Source: Mytilus californianus
Taxonomy: Eukaryota
Reading direction: 5' to 3'
Assembly (NCBI RefSeq): GCF_021869535.1
Contig: NW_026262637.1
Location: forward strand, 3,844,001 to 3,908,000
Length of the DNA stretch: 64,000 nt
Of this stretch, positions 10,902 to 23,613 are shown piece by piece. The position numbers and the translations under genes are program-made. The notes below the pieces were generated by a model. That model did no database searches. It was not told the DNA's origin and saw only the letters and a list, made by a program, of their open reading frames with translations. Position 1 is the first letter of the stretch. Each line of letters begins with the position of its first letter.

Positions 10902-13900
10902 GTCACAGTACAACCTTCAACAATAATAAGTACATGTAGCTAGTTCCAAAAGGTCATGAAGGTTGCTGACCAACGTCACAGTACAACCTTCAACAATAAA
11001 AAGTAACTAGTTCCAGAAGTTTGCTGATCAATGTTACAGTACAACCTTCAACAATAGTAAGTAGCTAGTTCTAGAAGGTTGTTGACCAATGTTACAGTAC
11101 AACCTTCAACAATAGTAAGTAGCTAGTTCTAGGAGGTTGCTGACCAATGTTACAGTACAACCTTCAACAATAGTAAGTAGCTAGTTCTAGAAGGTTGTTG
11201 ACCAATGTTACAGTACAACCTTCAACAATAGTAATTAGCTAGTTCTAAGAGGTTGCTGACCAATGTTACAGTACAACCTTCAACAATAGTAAGTAACTAG
11301 TTCCAGACGGTTGCTGACCAATGTTACAGTACAACCTTCAACAATAGTAAGTAGCTAGTTCTAGAAGATTGCTGACCAATGTTACAGTACAACCTTCAAC
11401 AATAATAAGTAACTAGTTCCAGAAGGTTGCTGACCAATGTTACAGTACAACCTTCAACAATAGTAAGTAGCTAGTTCTAGAAGGTTGCTGACCAATGTTA
11501 CAGTACAACCTTCAACAATAGTAAGTAGCTAGTTCTAGAAGGTTGTTGACCAATGTTACAGTACAACCTTCAACAATAATAAGTAGCTAGTTCCAGACGG
11601 TTGCTGACCAATGTTATAGTACAACCTTCAACAATAGTAAGTAACTAGTTCTAGAAGGTTGCTGACCAATGTTACAGTACAACCTTCAACAATAGTAAGT
11701 AGCTAGTTCTAGAAGGTTGCTGACCAATGTTACAGTACAACCTTCAACAATAGTAAGTAGCTAGTTCTAGAAGGTTGCTGACCAATGTTACAGTACAACC
11801 TTCAACAATAGTAAGTAGCTAGTTCTAGAAGGTTGCTGACCAATGTTACAGTACAACCTTCAACAATAGTAAGTAGCTAGTTCTAGAAGGTTGCCGACCA
11901 ATGTTACAGTACAACCTTCAACAATAGTAAGTAACTAGTTCTAGAAGGTTGCCGACCAATGTTACAGTACAACCTTCAACAATAGTAAGTAGCTTGTTCC
12001 AGAAGGTTGCTGACCAATGTTACAGTACAACCTTCAACAATAATAAGTAGCTAGTTCTAGAAGGTTGCCGACCAATGTTACAGTACAACCTTCAACAATA
12101 GTAAGTAGCTAGTTCTAGAAGGTTGCCGACCAATGTTACAGTACAACCTTCAACAATAGTAAGTAGCTAGTTCTAGAAGGTTGCTGACCAATGTTACAGT
12201 ACAACCTTCAACAATAGTAAGTAACTAGTTCTAAGGTTGTTGACCAATGTTACAGTACAACCTTCAACAATAGTAAGTAGCTAGTTCTAGAAGGTTGCTG
12301 ACCAATGTTACAGTACAACCTTCAACAATAGTAAGTAACTAGTTCTAGAAGGTTGCTGACCAATGTTACAGTACAACCTTCAACAATAGTAAGTAGCTAG
12401 TTCTAGAAGGTTGCTGACCAATGTTACAGTACAACCTTCAACAATAGTAAGTAGCTAGTTCTAGAAGGTTGCTGACCAATGTTACAGTACAACCTTCAAC
12501 AATAGTAAGTAGCTAGTTCTAGAAGGTTGCTGACCAATGTTACAGTACAACCTTCAACAATAGTAAGTAGCTAGTTCTAGAAGGTTGCTGACCAATGTTA
12601 CAGTACAACCTTCAACAATAGTAAGTAGCTAGTTCTAGAAGGTTGCTGACCAATGTTACAGTACAACCTTCAACAATAGTAAGTAGCTAGTTCTAGAAGG
12701 TTGCTGACCAATGTTACAGTACAACCTTCAACAATAGTAAGTAGCTAGTTCTAGAAGGTTGCTGACCAATGTTACAGTACAACCTTCAACAATAGTAAGT
12801 AGCTAGTTCTAGAAGGTTGCTGACCAATGTTACAGTACAACCTTCAACAATAATAAGTAGCTAGTTCCAGACGGTTGCTGACCAATGTTACAGTACAACC
12901 TTCAACAATAGTAAGTAACTAGTTCTAGAAGGTTGCCGACCAATGTTACAGTACAACCTTCAACAATAGTAAGTAGCTTGTTCCAGAAGGTTGCCGACCA
13001 ATGTTACAGTACAACCTTCAACAATAGTAAGTAGCTTGTTCCAGAAGGTTGCCGACCAATGTTACAGTACAACCTTCAACAATAATAAGTAGCTAGTTCT
13101 AGAAGGTTGCCGACCAATGTTACAGTACAACCTTCAACAATAGTAAGTAGCTAGTTCTAGAAGGTTGCTGACCAATGTTACAGTACAACCTTCAACAATA
13201 GTAAGTAGCTAGTTCTAGAAGGTTGCTGACCAATGTTACAGTACAACCTTCAACAATAGTAAGTAGCTAGTTCTAGAAGGTTGCCGACCAATGTTACAGT
13301 ACAACCTTCAACAATAGTAAGTAGCTAGTTCTAGAAGGTTGCCGACCAATGTTACAGTACAACCTTCAACAATAGTAAGTAACTAGTTCTAAGGTTGTTG
13401 ACCAATGTTACAGTACAACCTTCAACAATAGTAAGTAGCTAGTTCTAGAAGGTTGCTGACCAATGTTACAGTACAACCTTCAACAATAGTAAGTAGCTAG
13501 TTCTAGAAGGTTGCTGACCAATGTTACAGTACAACCTTCAACAATAGTAAGTAGCTAGTTCTAGAAGGTTGCTGACCAATGTTACAGTACAACCTTCAAC
13601 AATAGTTAGTAGCTAGTTCTAGAAGGTTGCTGACCAATGTTACAGTACAACCTTCAACAATAGTAAGTAGCTAGTTCTAGAAGGTTGCTGACCAATGTTA
13701 CAGTACAACCTTCAACAATAGTAAGTAGCTAGTTCTAGAAGGTTGCTGACCAATGTTACAGTACAACCTTCAACAATAGTAAGTAACTAGTTCTAGAAGG
13801 TTGCTGACCAATGTTACAGTACAACCATCAACAATAATAAGTAACTAGTTCTAGAAGGTTGCTGACCAATGTTACAGTACAACCTTCAACAATAGTAAGT

Positions 13901-16681
13901 AGCTAGTTCTAGAAGGTTGCTGACCAATGTTACAGTACAACCTTCAACAATAGTAAGTAGCTAGTTCCAGACGGTTGCTGACCAATGTTACAGTACAACC
14001 TTCAACAATAGTAAGTACTGTAAATTCAGAAATTATTGCGTGCATTTATTATTGCGATTTTGTCATTTTAGACAAAAATGCGATTTTAATTTTTGCGATA
14101 TTGAGAAAAATCCTGTTAAATTCATATAAAAAATTTCAAAATGCGAGTTTAAATTATTGCGATTATAACCCTGTCGCATTTTTCGTAATAATACCAACAT
14201 CGCAATAATTTCTGAATTTACAGTAGCTAGTTCTAGAAGGTTGCTGACCAATGTTACAGTACAACCTTCAACAATAGTAAGTAGCTAGTTCTAGAAGGTT
14301 GCTGACCAATGTTACAGTACAACCTTCAACAATAGTAAGTAGCTAGTTCTAGAAGGTTGCTGACCAATGTTACAGTACAACCTTCAACAATAGTAAGTAG
14401 CTTGTTCCAGAAGGTTGCTGACCAATGTTACAGTACAACCTTCAACAATAGTAAGTAACTAGTTCTAAGGTTGTTGACCAATGTTACAGTACAACCTTCA
14501 ACAATAGTAAGTAGCTAGTTCTAGAAGGTTACTGACCAATGTTACAGTACAACCTTCAACAATAATAAGTAACTAGTTCTAGAAGGTGGCTGACCAATGT
14601 TACAGTACAACCTTCAACAATAGTAAGTAGCTAGTTCTAGAAGGTGGCTGACCAATGTTACAGTACAACCTTCAACAATAGTAAGTAGCTAGTTCCAGAA
14701 GGTTGCTGACCAATGTTACAGTACAACCATCAACAATAGTAAGTAGCTAGTTCCAGAAGGTTGCTGACCAATGTTACAGTACAACCATCAACAATAGTAA
14801 GTAGCTAGTTCTAGAAGGTTGCTGACCAACATCACAATACAACCTTCAACAATAGTAAGTAGCTAGTTCTAGAAGGTTACTGACCAATGTTATAGTACAA
14901 CCTTCAACAGTAGTAAGTAGCTAGTTCTAGAAGGTTGCTGACCAATGTTACAGTACAACCTTCAACAGTAGTAAGTAGCTAGTTCTAGAAGGTTGGTGAC
15001 CAATGTTACAGTACAACCTTCAACAGTAGTAAGTAGCTAGTTCTAGAAGGTTGCTGACCAGTGTTACAGTACAACCTTCAACAATAGTAAGTAGCTAGTT
15101 CTAGAAGGTTGCCGACCAATGTTACAGTACAACCTTCAACAATAGTAAGTAGCTAGTTCTAGAAGGTTGTTGACCAATGTTACAGTACAACCTTCAACAA
15201 TAGTAAGTAGCTAGTTCTAGAAGGTTGCCGACCAATGTTACAGTACAACCATCAACAATAGTAAGAAGCTAGTTCTAGAAGGTTGCCGACCAATGTAACA
15301 GTACAACCTTCAACAATAGTAAGTAGCTAGTTCCAGACGGTTGCTGACCAATGTTACAGTACAACCTTCAACAATAGTAAGTAGCTAGTTCCAGACGGTT
15401 GCTGACCAATGTTACAGTACAACCTTCAACAATAGTAAGTAGCTAGTTCCAGACGGTTGCTGACCAATGTTACAGTACAACCTTCAACAATAGTAAGTAG
15501 CTAGTTCCAGACGGTTGCTGACCAATGTTACAGTACAACCTTTAACAATAGTAAGTAGCTAGTTCTAGACAGTTGCTGACCAATATTACAGTACAACCTT
15601 CAACAATAGTAAGTAGCTAGTTCTAGACAGTTGCTGACCAATGTTACAGTACAACCTTCAACAATAGTAAGTAGCTAGTTCTAGAAGGTTGCTGACCAAT
15701 GTTACAGTACAACCTTCAACAATAGTAAGTAGCTAGTTCTAGAAGGTTGCTGACCAATGTTACAGTACAACCTTCAACAATAGTAAGTAGCTAGTTCTAG
15801 AAGGTTGCTGACCAATGTTACAGTACAACCTTCAACAATAGTAAGTAGCTAGTTCTAGAAGGTTGCTGACCAATGTTACAGTACAACCTTCAACAATAGT
15901 AAGTAACTAGTTCTAGAAGGTTGCTGACCAATGTTACAGTACAACCTTCAATAATAGTAAGTAACTAGTTCCAGAAGGTTGCTGACCAATGTTACAGTAC
16001 AACCTTCAATAATAGTAAGTAGCTAGTTCCAGAAGGTTGTTGACCAATGTTACAGTACAACCTTCAATAATAGTAAGTAACTAGTTCCAGAAGGTTGCTG
16101 ACCAATGTTACAGTACAACCTTCAATAATAGTAAGTAGCTAGTTCCAGAAGGTTGTTGACCAATGTTACAGTACAACCTTCAATAATAGTAAGTAACTAG
16201 TTCCAGAAGGTTGCTGACCAATGTTACAGTACAACCTTCAATAATAGTAAGTAACTAGTTCCAGAAGGTTGCTGACCAATGTTACAGTACAACCTTCAAT
16301 AATAGTAAGTAACTAGTTCCAGAAGGTTGTTGACCAATGTTACAGTACAACCTTCAATAATAGTAAGTAGCTAGTTCTAGAAGGTTGCTGACCATTGTTA
16401 CAGTACAACCTTCAACAATAGTTTGTAACTAGTTCCAGAAGGTTGCTGACCAATGTTACAGTACAACCTTCAACAATAATAAGTAACTAGTTCTAGAAGG
16501 TTGCTGACCAATGTTACAGTACAACCTTCAACAATAGTAAGTAGCTAGTTCTAGAAGGTTGCTGACCAATGTTACAGTACAACCTTCAACAATAATAAGT
16601 AGCTAGTTCCAGACGGTTGCTGACCAATGTTACAGTACAACCTTCAACAATAGTAAGAAGCTAGTTCCAGAAGGTTGCTGA
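10902..16681. repeat. 58-bp satellite, about 96 copies, in CLYBL coding intron 1
   Basis: Unit CCAATGTTACAGTACAACCTTCAACAATAGTAAGTAGCTAGTTCTAGAAGGTTGCTGA; period checked at 11041 and 11099. Confidence 0.98.
14018..14223. mobile_element. 206-bp Tc1/mariner-type MITE inserted in the 58-bp satellite
   Basis: Perfect 23-bp TIR CTGTAAATTCAGAAATTATTGCG; TA duplicated at 14016-14017 and 14224-14225; neighbouring monomers show the empty site. Confidence 0.93.
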
Positions 16682-17049
16682 TAATAATCTAACATATTGA
16701 TAAAAATCTTAAAAACTGACTGATACAAAGTTAATTAGACAGCAATCCAGCACCACAACATACCAAAATAAAACATCTAGGATGTCAACGACACATAGTC
16801 TTCAATCATAAATTAGTACCCAAATCAATGAAACCATGCATTGTCACCTGTCACATGCAAAATCATCTGCATGAATGAATTAAAAAGAGACTTTCAAGGA
16901 TGATAGATCTGCTATCAACATGAAAAATGGGAAAAATAAGATTCATAAACAACCACACTTCTTGTCTTGATATCTCAATATGATTAATTGGGACAGGTTT
17001 ATGTAGACATGTTTCATTTCAACAATTTAGAATTCTTCAGACTTGTAAA

Positions 17050-20000
17050 TTGTCTGGGATCTAATGTGCATCTGTTGATTTCAGTCTGAAGCAAGGAATA
17101 CTATTACCAATTGCCTGGGATCTAATGTGCATCTGTTAATTTCAGTCTAAAGCTCTGGATACTACATGTACTATTGCTAATTGTCTAGGATCTAATGTAT
17201 ATCTGTTTATTTCAGTCTGAAGCAAGGAATACTATTGCCAATTGTCTGATATCTAATAATGTACCACTGTTAATTTCAGTCTGAAGCAAGGAATACTATT
17301 GCCAATTGTCTGATATCTAATAATGTACAACTGTTAATTTCAGTCTGAAGCAAGGAATACTATTCATTTGCTATTGCCAATTGTCTGATATCTACAAATA
17401 AAAAGCTGTTAATTTCATTCTGAAGCAAGGAATACTATTGCCAATTGTCTGATATCTAATGTACAACTGTTAATTTCATTCTGAAGCTCAGGATACTATT
17501 GCCAATTGTCTAGGATCTAATGAACATCTGTTAATTTCAGTCTGAAGCTAGGAATACTATTGCCAATTGTCTAGAATCTAATGTACATATGTTAATTTCA
17601 GTCTGAAGCAACTAATATTAATGCCAATTGTCTGGGATCTAATGTGCGTCTGTTAATTTCAGTCTGAAGCAAGGAATACTATTGCCAATTGTCTAGGATC
17701 TAATGTACAACTGTTAATTTCAGTCTGAAGCAAGGAATACTATTGCCAATTGCCTGGGATCTAATGTGCATCTGTTAATTTCAGTCTAAAGCTCTGGATA
17801 CTACATGTACTATTGCTAATTGTCTAGGATCTAATGTATATCTGTTTATTTCAGTCTGAAGCAAGGAATACTATTGCCAATTGTCTGATATCTAATAATG
17901 TACCACTGTTAATTTCAGTCTGAAGCAAGGAATACTATTGCCAATTGTCTGATATCTAATAATGTACAACTGTTAATTTCAGTCTGAAGCAAAGAATACT
18001 ATTGCCAATTGACTGATATCTACAAATAAAAATCTGTTAATTTCATTCTGAAGCAAGGAATACTATTGCCAATTGTCTGATATCTAATGTACAACTGTTA
18101 ATTTCATTCTGAAGCTCAGGATACTATTGCCAATTGTCTAGGATCTAATGAACATCTGTTAATTTCAGTCTGAAGCTAGGAATACTATTGCCAATTGTCT
18201 AGAATCTAATGTACATATGTTAATTTCAGTCTGAAGCAACTAATATTAATGCCAATTGTCTGGGATCTAATGTGCGTCTGTTAATTTCAGTCTGAAGCAA
18301 GGAATACTATTGCCAATTGTCTAGGATCTAATGTACAACTGTTAATTTCAGTCTGAAGCAAGGAATACTATAGCCAATTGCCTGGGATCTAATGTGCATC
18401 TGTTAATTTCAGTCTAAAGCTCTGGATACTACATGTACTATTGCTAATTGTCTAGGATCTAATGTATATCTGTTTATTTCAGTCTGAAGCAAGGAATACT
18501 ATTGCCAATTGTCTGATATCTAATAATGTACCACTGTTAATTTCAGTCTGAAGCAAGGAATACTATTGCCAATTGTCTGATATCTAATAATGTACAACTG
18601 TTAATTTCAGTCTGAAGCAAAGAATACTATTGCCAATTGACTGATATCTACAAATAAAAATCTGTTAATTTCATTCTGAAGCAAGGAATACTATTGCCAA
18701 TTGTCTGATATCTAATGTACAACTGTTAATTTCATTCTGAAGCTCAGGATACTATTGCCAATTGTCTAGGATCTAATGAACATCTGTTAATTTCAGTCTG
18801 AAGCTAGGAATACTATTGCCAATTGTCTAGGATCTAATGTACATACAGTACACACAGAGAGGATGTAATCTCATACTCCCTACACTGTGTAAAAACTTGG
18901 TGTCACACCAAGAAACTCCAGCAACTCTCTCCAAATCTTGGGAGGAAATTGGGAGAAACTTGGAGTAATTCCTCCCTAAAACTCCTTAATTGTTTATTAC
19001 CTTGGTGTGGTTTCTCCCAACAACAGGATTTTTATTGCTATGATTACCTTTGAAGTGTGCCAGTAGTTGATGACTACAATAAACATTTCTTGTGTTTCCT
19101 GTCATTAAATGACAGTCACAAAAATGATGAAAAGTGTGAGATTTATTAAATTTAATCAGAGACATATTATAATCTGATTTTATTAAAGAATCCTGTACAA
19201 CTTTATTCATTAAAATTATATTCAGCATTTGTTCTGACAGTGTTGGGTTTTCATACCTAAGAAACATACAAAAACAAACAAAACATCACCTGTAAGTGGA
19301 GTATTATTAATAGAAAATAAAGACATATATTTTAATTGAATTTATTCAATCGTTTTTTCTAAATTTAAATGATAAGAAATAAAGGAAGATTATATAAATA
19401 TAATATATATATATGTAATTTATCTACATTATTTTATTTTATTCATTATTTTTTTTTGTATCATTACTATTATTTTTTAAACCATGTATATACTAATATC
19501 TATATGTTTAAACTGACTATCATTGACTATGAATACAACTTATTGTAAATATCAAGTTGCCATTCTTGATTATGAGATTATGAAAGAATGTAAATAATTT
19601 TCCAATCTAAAAATACATATTTGTATAAAAATTTTAAAAATCATTTCGTTAACCTTTTTTTATAGCTTTCAGAAATAAAACTAAATAGGAAATGATTGAA
19701 ATAGGAAGAAGTGAGAGAATAGTTGACATGTAATTATGTCACTGTCAGACCATGCAGACGTGCTTTGTTGATTTTTATTACTCTTACCTGCAATCAACAG
19801 GTTATAAAACCCTCCCAGATGGGAGTAATTACTTGGTGTTTTTTGGGAGAGAAATCTGTGTTTCACAGTGTGACACTGTGTTACACCAGAATCAGTGTTG
19901 GGAGTATGAGATTACATCCTCTCTGTGTGTACTGTATGTTAATTTCAGTCTGGAGCAACTAATACTATTGCCAATTGTCTGGGATCTAATGTGCATCTGT

Positions 20001-20231
20001 TAATTTCAGTCTGAAGCAAGGAATACTAAAACCAATTGTCTAGGATCTAATGTACAACTGTTAATTTCAGTCTGAAGCAAGGAATACTATTGCCAATTGC
20101 CTGGGATCTAATGTACAACTGTTAATTTCAGTCTGAAGCAAGGAAATTATTGCCAATTGCCTGGGATCTAATGTGCATATGTTTAATTTCAGTCTGAAGC
20201 AAGGAGTACTATTGCCAATTGTCTGGGATCA
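17050..20231 (+). repeat. 61-bp satellite, about 33 monomers, with a 10-monomer (628-bp) higher-order repeat; derived from the CLYBL intron/exon-2 junction
   Basis: Unit CTGTTAATTTCAG|TCTGAAGCAAGGAATACTATTGCCAATTGTCTAGGATCTAATGTACAA. A variant monomer recurs at 17151, 17790 and 18418. The last unit is the real exon start. Confidence 0.95.
18846..19934. mobile_element. 1089-bp non-autonomous Tc1/mariner-like element inserted in the 61-bp satellite
   Basis: Perfect 35-bp TIR CAGTACACACAGAGAGGATGTAATCTCATACTCCC; TA TSD at 18844-18845 and 19935-19936, at the centre of the satellite palindrome ACATATGT; no transposase ORF. Confidence 0.92.
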
Positions 20232-20381
20232 TTGGCAGGATGTAAGACAGACATTACTGTTAGGGTAAATCCAGTTAGTAGTGGATTGATGGAGGAAGAT
20301 TTGAAAGTTGTGTTTAAATCTGAACATCCACCAAAAACCTTGATGTTACCAAAGGTTGACACACCTGAGGAAATAGATAGA
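20193..20381 (+). CDS. CLYBL: CLYBL coding exon 2 (SEARSTIANCLGSLAGCKTDITVRVNPVSSGLMEEDL...LMLPKVDTPEEIDR)
   Basis: Phase 0/0, 63 codons; aligns with human NEAR...VRVNSVSSGLAEEDL...LMLPKVESPEEI. Missing from the ORF track. Confidence 0.9.
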
Positions 20382-20519
20382 GTTTGTATAATTAATGTTT
20401 TTATAATTTAGTTGGTTCAATCTTTATGATAAACATTAAATTTTCATATAACATGAATATTTTTGTGAATAAATTCCTGTATCTTATATATAGTATATAT
20501 ATATATATATATATATACC

Positions 20520-21187
20520 GCAAATTTACAGATCTAACATTGGTGGGTTGTTGTTTAGACGAATTATATATACAGAATGTATTTTCAGCCTTGTATCACC
20601 ATCACTGCTGGTGATCCGATGGATAAAATCTGTTGTAGAGTCGTCACTGGTTCAGACGTACTTATATATATATAATATATATTTTTCCTTCGGGTTTATA
20701 TGATCCGTTCATCCTATTTCGACTCTTTAAAATTCAAGAGTCAATCCCAAATTGAGGTAAATTATATGGCCTTCCAAATACCGTTTCGATCCCTTACATC
20801 ACTGAAGAGACATCAATTGTCGAAAATCCAGATATGGTGTACAAAATTTTGCACCTCATGTTTGCGGTATACTATCTTTTCCACAAGTTTATTGTTTTCT
20901 GTTTGGTATTGAATTAATATTAAGATCCATTTCGTTAGATCTGGTGATCAATTTATTTGGCATTCGCCAATGGCAGTCAGCAGGGTTTAAGAACATCAGT
21001 TGTTCGACCTGTTAGTCAAATGCGTATTGTTAAAATAGACTTTTTCACTTTTTTTGGTCTTTTTGAAATTGTTGTTTGTGCTGTATTTAGACCCCTCTAC
21101 CAAGAAATTTGTTTTACATGCACAGGTATAAAAATTGCGGTTTTTATCCAACGCAATCATAGGTTTGAACGTTGTTTTCAATTTAGA

Positions 21188-21190
<3 letters not shown>
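20520..21190 (+). mobile_element. Dispersed single copy of the hammerhead-bearing element, flanked by (TA)n, in CLYBL coding intron 2
   Basis: Reverse complement of the 541-bp unit at 58466-60429, plus extra 5' sequence; (TA)n tracts on both sides. Confidence 0.85.
20796..20840 (+). ncRNA. Degenerate minimal type-I hammerhead ribozyme
   Basis: ACATCA-CTGAAGA-GACA tcaat TGTC-GAAA-ATCCAGA-TA-TGGTGT. Core and stems I/II are intact; the helix III palindrome is broken by an extra A and G>A. Confidence 0.7.
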
Positions 21191-21226
<36 letters not shown>

Positions 21227-21539
21227 AATTTAAGAACATGATAAAAAAGCATCATACACAATGTAACTTAATTGTGTAAACCTGTAACACGAAACAGTCT
21301 GTTGAAATGAGTAATAAGACTATGTCAATGGGTATTGTATATATAAACATGATAAAACAGCTGTCAAATTTAAAGCTTCATTTTTCTGCTAAATTATTGG
21401 CTTTATCACATTTTAATTATCTTTACAGGAAATATCAAAGACTCACTGAATATTTTAAATTTTAATGTGGGATTTCATTTTCATTTCATCATTGTTCATG
21501 ATTTTTTGTTAAATAGTTTATTAATTTTCATATTTTTGT

Positions 21540-22152
21540 GAAAAACATTGTTAGATCTTGGTCATCATGGTCATAGTACATGTAAAACATTGTTAGATCT
21601 TGGTCATAGTACATGTTAAACATTGTTAGATCTTGGTCATAGTACATGTTAAACATTGTTAGATCTTGGTCATAGTACATGTAAAACATTGTTAGATCTT
21701 GGTCATAGTACATGTAAAACATTGTTAGATCTTGGTCATAGTACATGTAAAACATTGTTAGATCTTGGTCATAGTACATGTAAAACATTGTTAGATCTTG
21801 GTCATAGTACATGTAAAACATTGTTAGATCTTGGTCATAGTACATGTAAAACATTGATAGATCTTGGTCATAGTCCATGTAAAACATTGTTAGATCTTGG
21901 TCATAGTACATGTAAAACATTGTTAGATCTTGGTCATAGTCCATGTAAAACATTGTTAGATCTTGGTCATAGTCCATGTAAAACATTGTTAGATCTTGGT
22001 CATAGTCCATGTAAAACATTGTTAGAACTTGGTCATAGTCCATGTAAAACATTGTTAGATCTTGGTCATAGTCCATGTAAAACATTGTTAGATCTTGGTC
22101 ATAGTACATGTAAAACATTGTTAGATCTTGGTCATAGTACATGTAAAACATT
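21540..22152. repeat. 33-bp minisatellite, about 18 copies
   Basis: Unit AAAACATTGTTAGATCTTGGTCATAGTACATGT; explains the repetitive ORFs on both strands. Confidence 0.97.
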
Positions 22153-22717
22153 ATAATTAGATCATGTAGATTGTGGGGCTATAAATAAATTCATTTTTTG
22201 TGAAAATACACATGTAACTTTGATCATGGGGTTAAAAGTCACGTTTAGTGAAATCAATGTTAGATTGTTGGTTTATAAATTCATGTTTTGTGATTCATGG
22301 TTTGTGTTAACATGTGTTTAACAAAATTATTGTAAGATCATGAGGTTATAAATTCATGGTTTTATGCTTTAATAACACATCTAGACAAGATTGAAAGCAT
22401 GAAGTTTTTTGGGGTACTAAATTGGTGCATTGGTTGGAGGCAACCACAAAATTTGGTACCCTTGAACAATTATGCTTTCATAGTATGTGAATGTGAATAC
22501 TTAATTGAAATAGGAAAAAAGCAAAATAAATCACAAAAAGTTCAATATGAAGCTGTAAACATTTCTCATTGAACTTGAACATGCATGTATAATGTAAATA
22601 ACTCGATAAATAACATGAAGTGATGTAAAATATGATAAATATGAAAAAGCGTCATATTCTGACTAACTTTTACTGATAATAAACATGTACAGATATATTT
22701 CTCTACTTTTTTTAAAG

Positions 22718-22916
22718 TTTACCAAAAGAATTAAGGAGATACTGTCAGAGAAACAGAAGGCAGAGAAGTTTAGTTTGATAACGATGGTAGAAAGTGCTGT
22801 CGGTCTAATGAACCTTAAGGATGTGATTCTCCAGGCTTCATCACTAGCCAGATCTGAGAAGCTGTATACCTTAGAAGGTGTTGTGTTTGGATCTGATGAT
22901 TTCTGTGCTGATATTG
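22718..22916 (+). CDS. CLYBL: CLYBL coding exon 3 (FTKR...MVESAVGLMNL...VVFGSDDFCADIG)
   Basis: AG/GT boundaries; 199 nt keeps the frame; family motif match. Confidence 0.93.
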
Positions 22917-23321
22917 GTATGGTTATAATTTTTGTGACCCCACGTCTCTTTTCTTCATCTATGACATGTATAAAGTACCCATGATGTAAGAAGTAATATT
23001 TTTGGTTGAAAATGGTTTAACTCTTTAAAATGTAATTTTGCTTGGTATTGATAGCATTTGAAGAATACACCTGTACGTAACGGTATCACTCTATATATAG
23101 TAGAAACATGTTTCTCTCCCCAAATTACCAATGGAGGTATCATATACACTTATTATTCAAAGTGAGCAGTGATAAACTCATTGTTTGAACAGGTAAACTT
23201 CTTGTATAAATAACCTGGTTGTTTTCTTCTTAATTTTCAGGTGTAGTATACGTAGTCCTGCCTTTCATAAAACATCACAGATCACAGAATGTCCATGTTC
23301 CAATTATTATCGATTTTATAA

Positions 23322-23543
23322 ATTCTTGTGATTTAATAATTAGCCATGAACAAATTTTTCAAAAATTCAAAGATTGGAGGTTATTTGACATTTACCTGGT
23401 AAGGTCAGAGAGAATGTTACGTATTTTATGACTGCTTACAATATGTAACATTCTCTCTGACCTTACCAGGTAAATGTCAAATAACCTCCAAGCTTTGAAT
23501 TTTTGAAAGATTTGTTCATGGCTAATTATTAAATCACAAGAAT
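23322..23543. repeat. Foldback element, 99-bp arms, 24-nt spacer, in CLYBL coding intron 3
   Basis: 23322-23420 versus reverse complement of 23445-23543: 97/99 identical. Confidence 0.95.
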
Positions 23544-23613
23544 AAATACCAATCCCATAGACGATTTTCGAATTCATGCACCTTCCCATACATTTCCTAT
23601 GTCACGATGCTTA

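Noticed and set aside
10902-16681. CRISPR-like appearance (regular repeat with an internal palindrome)
   Set aside because: Whole units repeat with no unique spacers, no cas genes are present, and the context is a eukaryotic intron.
21528-22156. 207-aa and 166-aa repetitive ORFs on opposite strands
   Set aside because: By-product of a stop-free 33-bp (11-codon) minisatellite inside a CLYBL intron; no splice or homology support.
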